Assembly (NCBI GenBank): GCA_964469935.1 | Contig: CAYXZQ010000003.1 | Location: 1 to 63,294 of the forward strand | DNA: 63,294 nucleotides | Origin: an uncultured Methanosarcinales archaeon | GTDB taxonomy: Archaea; Nanobdellota; Nanobdellia; Woesearchaeales; DSVV01 | Reading direction: 5' to 3' | Shown: piece after piece, positions 62,909 through 63,294 of the stretch | Layout: the number at the start of each line of letters is the position of its first letter | Position numbering within the stretch: the first letter of the stretch is position 1 | Made by a program: the position numbers and the translations under genes | The notes under the pieces: generated by a model | What the model was told of the DNA's origin: nothing | What the model saw: the letters and a program-made list of their open reading frames with translations, nothing else | Databases searched by the model: none

Positions 62909-63027
62909 GCCCCGTTGGTGTAGTCCGGCCAATCATCCGGCACTTTCGACACGGGAAAACAGGGTTTTCCCTGGCATCTTCCCGCGGAAGACATGCCGGG
63001 ACTCGGGTTCAAATCCCGAACGGGGCA
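62909..63027 (+). tRNA. tRNA-Glu(UUC) with a 44-nt intron at 37/38
   Basis: GCCCCGT/ACGGGGC acceptor, GTGTAGTCCGGCCAATCAT D arm typical of archaeal tRNA-Glu, CGGCA/TGCCG anticodon stem. BHB: CTTT/GAAG helix, bulges CGA and ACA, outer helix CACGGGAA/TTCCCGCG. Spliced loop is CUUUCGA. Confidence 0.8.
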
Positions 63028-63028
63028 T
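63012..63028. repeat. 17-nt direct repeat, copy 1 (last 16 nt of tRNA-Glu plus 1)
   Basis: aatcccgaacggggcat recurs at 63132-63148. Confidence 0.95.
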
Positions 63029-63131
63029 TTTTTCTTTTAACATAAAATTCACCCCTTTTCAGGTTTTGAACATCCTGCGAAAACCTAGCGGTTTTCTTGG
63101 ACCCTTCGTTCATTCGAAATGAGCTTCAGGG
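63029..63131 (+). other. tRNA-trailer element, copy 2 (conserved core 63060-63131)
   Basis: Homologous to 60080-60150. Contains hairpin GAAAACC-TAGC-GGTTTTC and a T-arm-like hairpin GTTCA-TTCGAAA-TGAGC. Confidence 0.5.
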
Positions 63132-63148
63132 AATCCCGAACGGGGCAT
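63132..63148. repeat. 17-nt direct repeat, copy 2 (orphan tRNA-Glu 3' end)
   Basis: Identical to 63012-63028. Confidence 0.95.
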
Positions 63149-63226
63149 ATAATTCTAATATGCTTGTCCGGAATTATCGAAAAGCTTATATAATAGTTAT
63201 TCTCAACCACTTTCAGGTGATAAATA

Positions 63227-63294
63227 ATGAAACCAGTGAACCGTAGACAATTCCTTAAGACCGCTGCTGCTGCAGGTGTGGCAATTAGCGTTCC
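63227..63294 (+). CDS. 5' end of a Tat-exported protein (runs off the window end)
   Basis: AGGTGA box, then MKPVNRRQFLKTAAAAGVAISV, a twin-arginine signal RRxFLK. Confidence 0.6.
   Translation, partial: MKPVNRRQFLKTAAAAGVAISV

Noticed and set aside
1-63294. CRISPR arrays, rRNA genes, integrase/transposase genes
   Set aside because: I looked for regularly spaced short repeats, rRNA-like conserved stretches, and tyrosine/serine recombinase or DDE motifs in the ORF translations. None was found. The only repeats are the dispersed direct repeats listed as features.

Overview
The window reads as an archaeal chromosome segment, probably a small-genome DPANN-like lineage. Evidence: Alba, ribosomal protein S17e, aIF-1A, a Nop5-like protein, archaeal-type UMP kinase, Rad50 with a zinc hook, PorGDAB, SecDF, ValRS, and four tRNA genes that all carry introns. 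Positions 1-12000 are an accessory island. It holds a CARF/Csa3-like regulator, mini-nuclease and UvrD helicase operon, and five type II toxin-antitoxin modules (abrB-mazF twice, HEPN-MNT, abrB-PIN, relE). Interleaved with these is an expanded family of about 200-aa TPR-like genes (five copies, two with in-frame TAG, one truncated) and a paired unknown family of about 170 aa. Positions 12000-17700 look like a second island. A 73-bp perfect direct repeat brackets a PRC-barrel gene. It is followed by a tightly coupled operon of micro-ORFs that the ORF track misses, then bacterial-type small membrane proteins. The island ends at tRNA-Arg, whose promoter and first 21 nt are duplicated. The remainder is mostly core genes: sugar isomerases, rad50, a cell-surface gene cluster with sppA, a copper-resistance cluster, valS, secFD, pyrH and a por operon. 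Oddities there include an A14 tract that frameshifts a surface-protein gene, an LspA homologue with lipobox proteins, cutA and a zinc-ribbon gene inside the por operon, and a conserved roughly 70-nt element bounded by repeats of the tRNA 3' end downstream of tRNA-Gly and tRNA-Glu. No rRNA, CRISPR array, cas gene or integrase/transposase gene was recognised. All calls rest on reading the sequence and ORF translations by eye; no database search was run.
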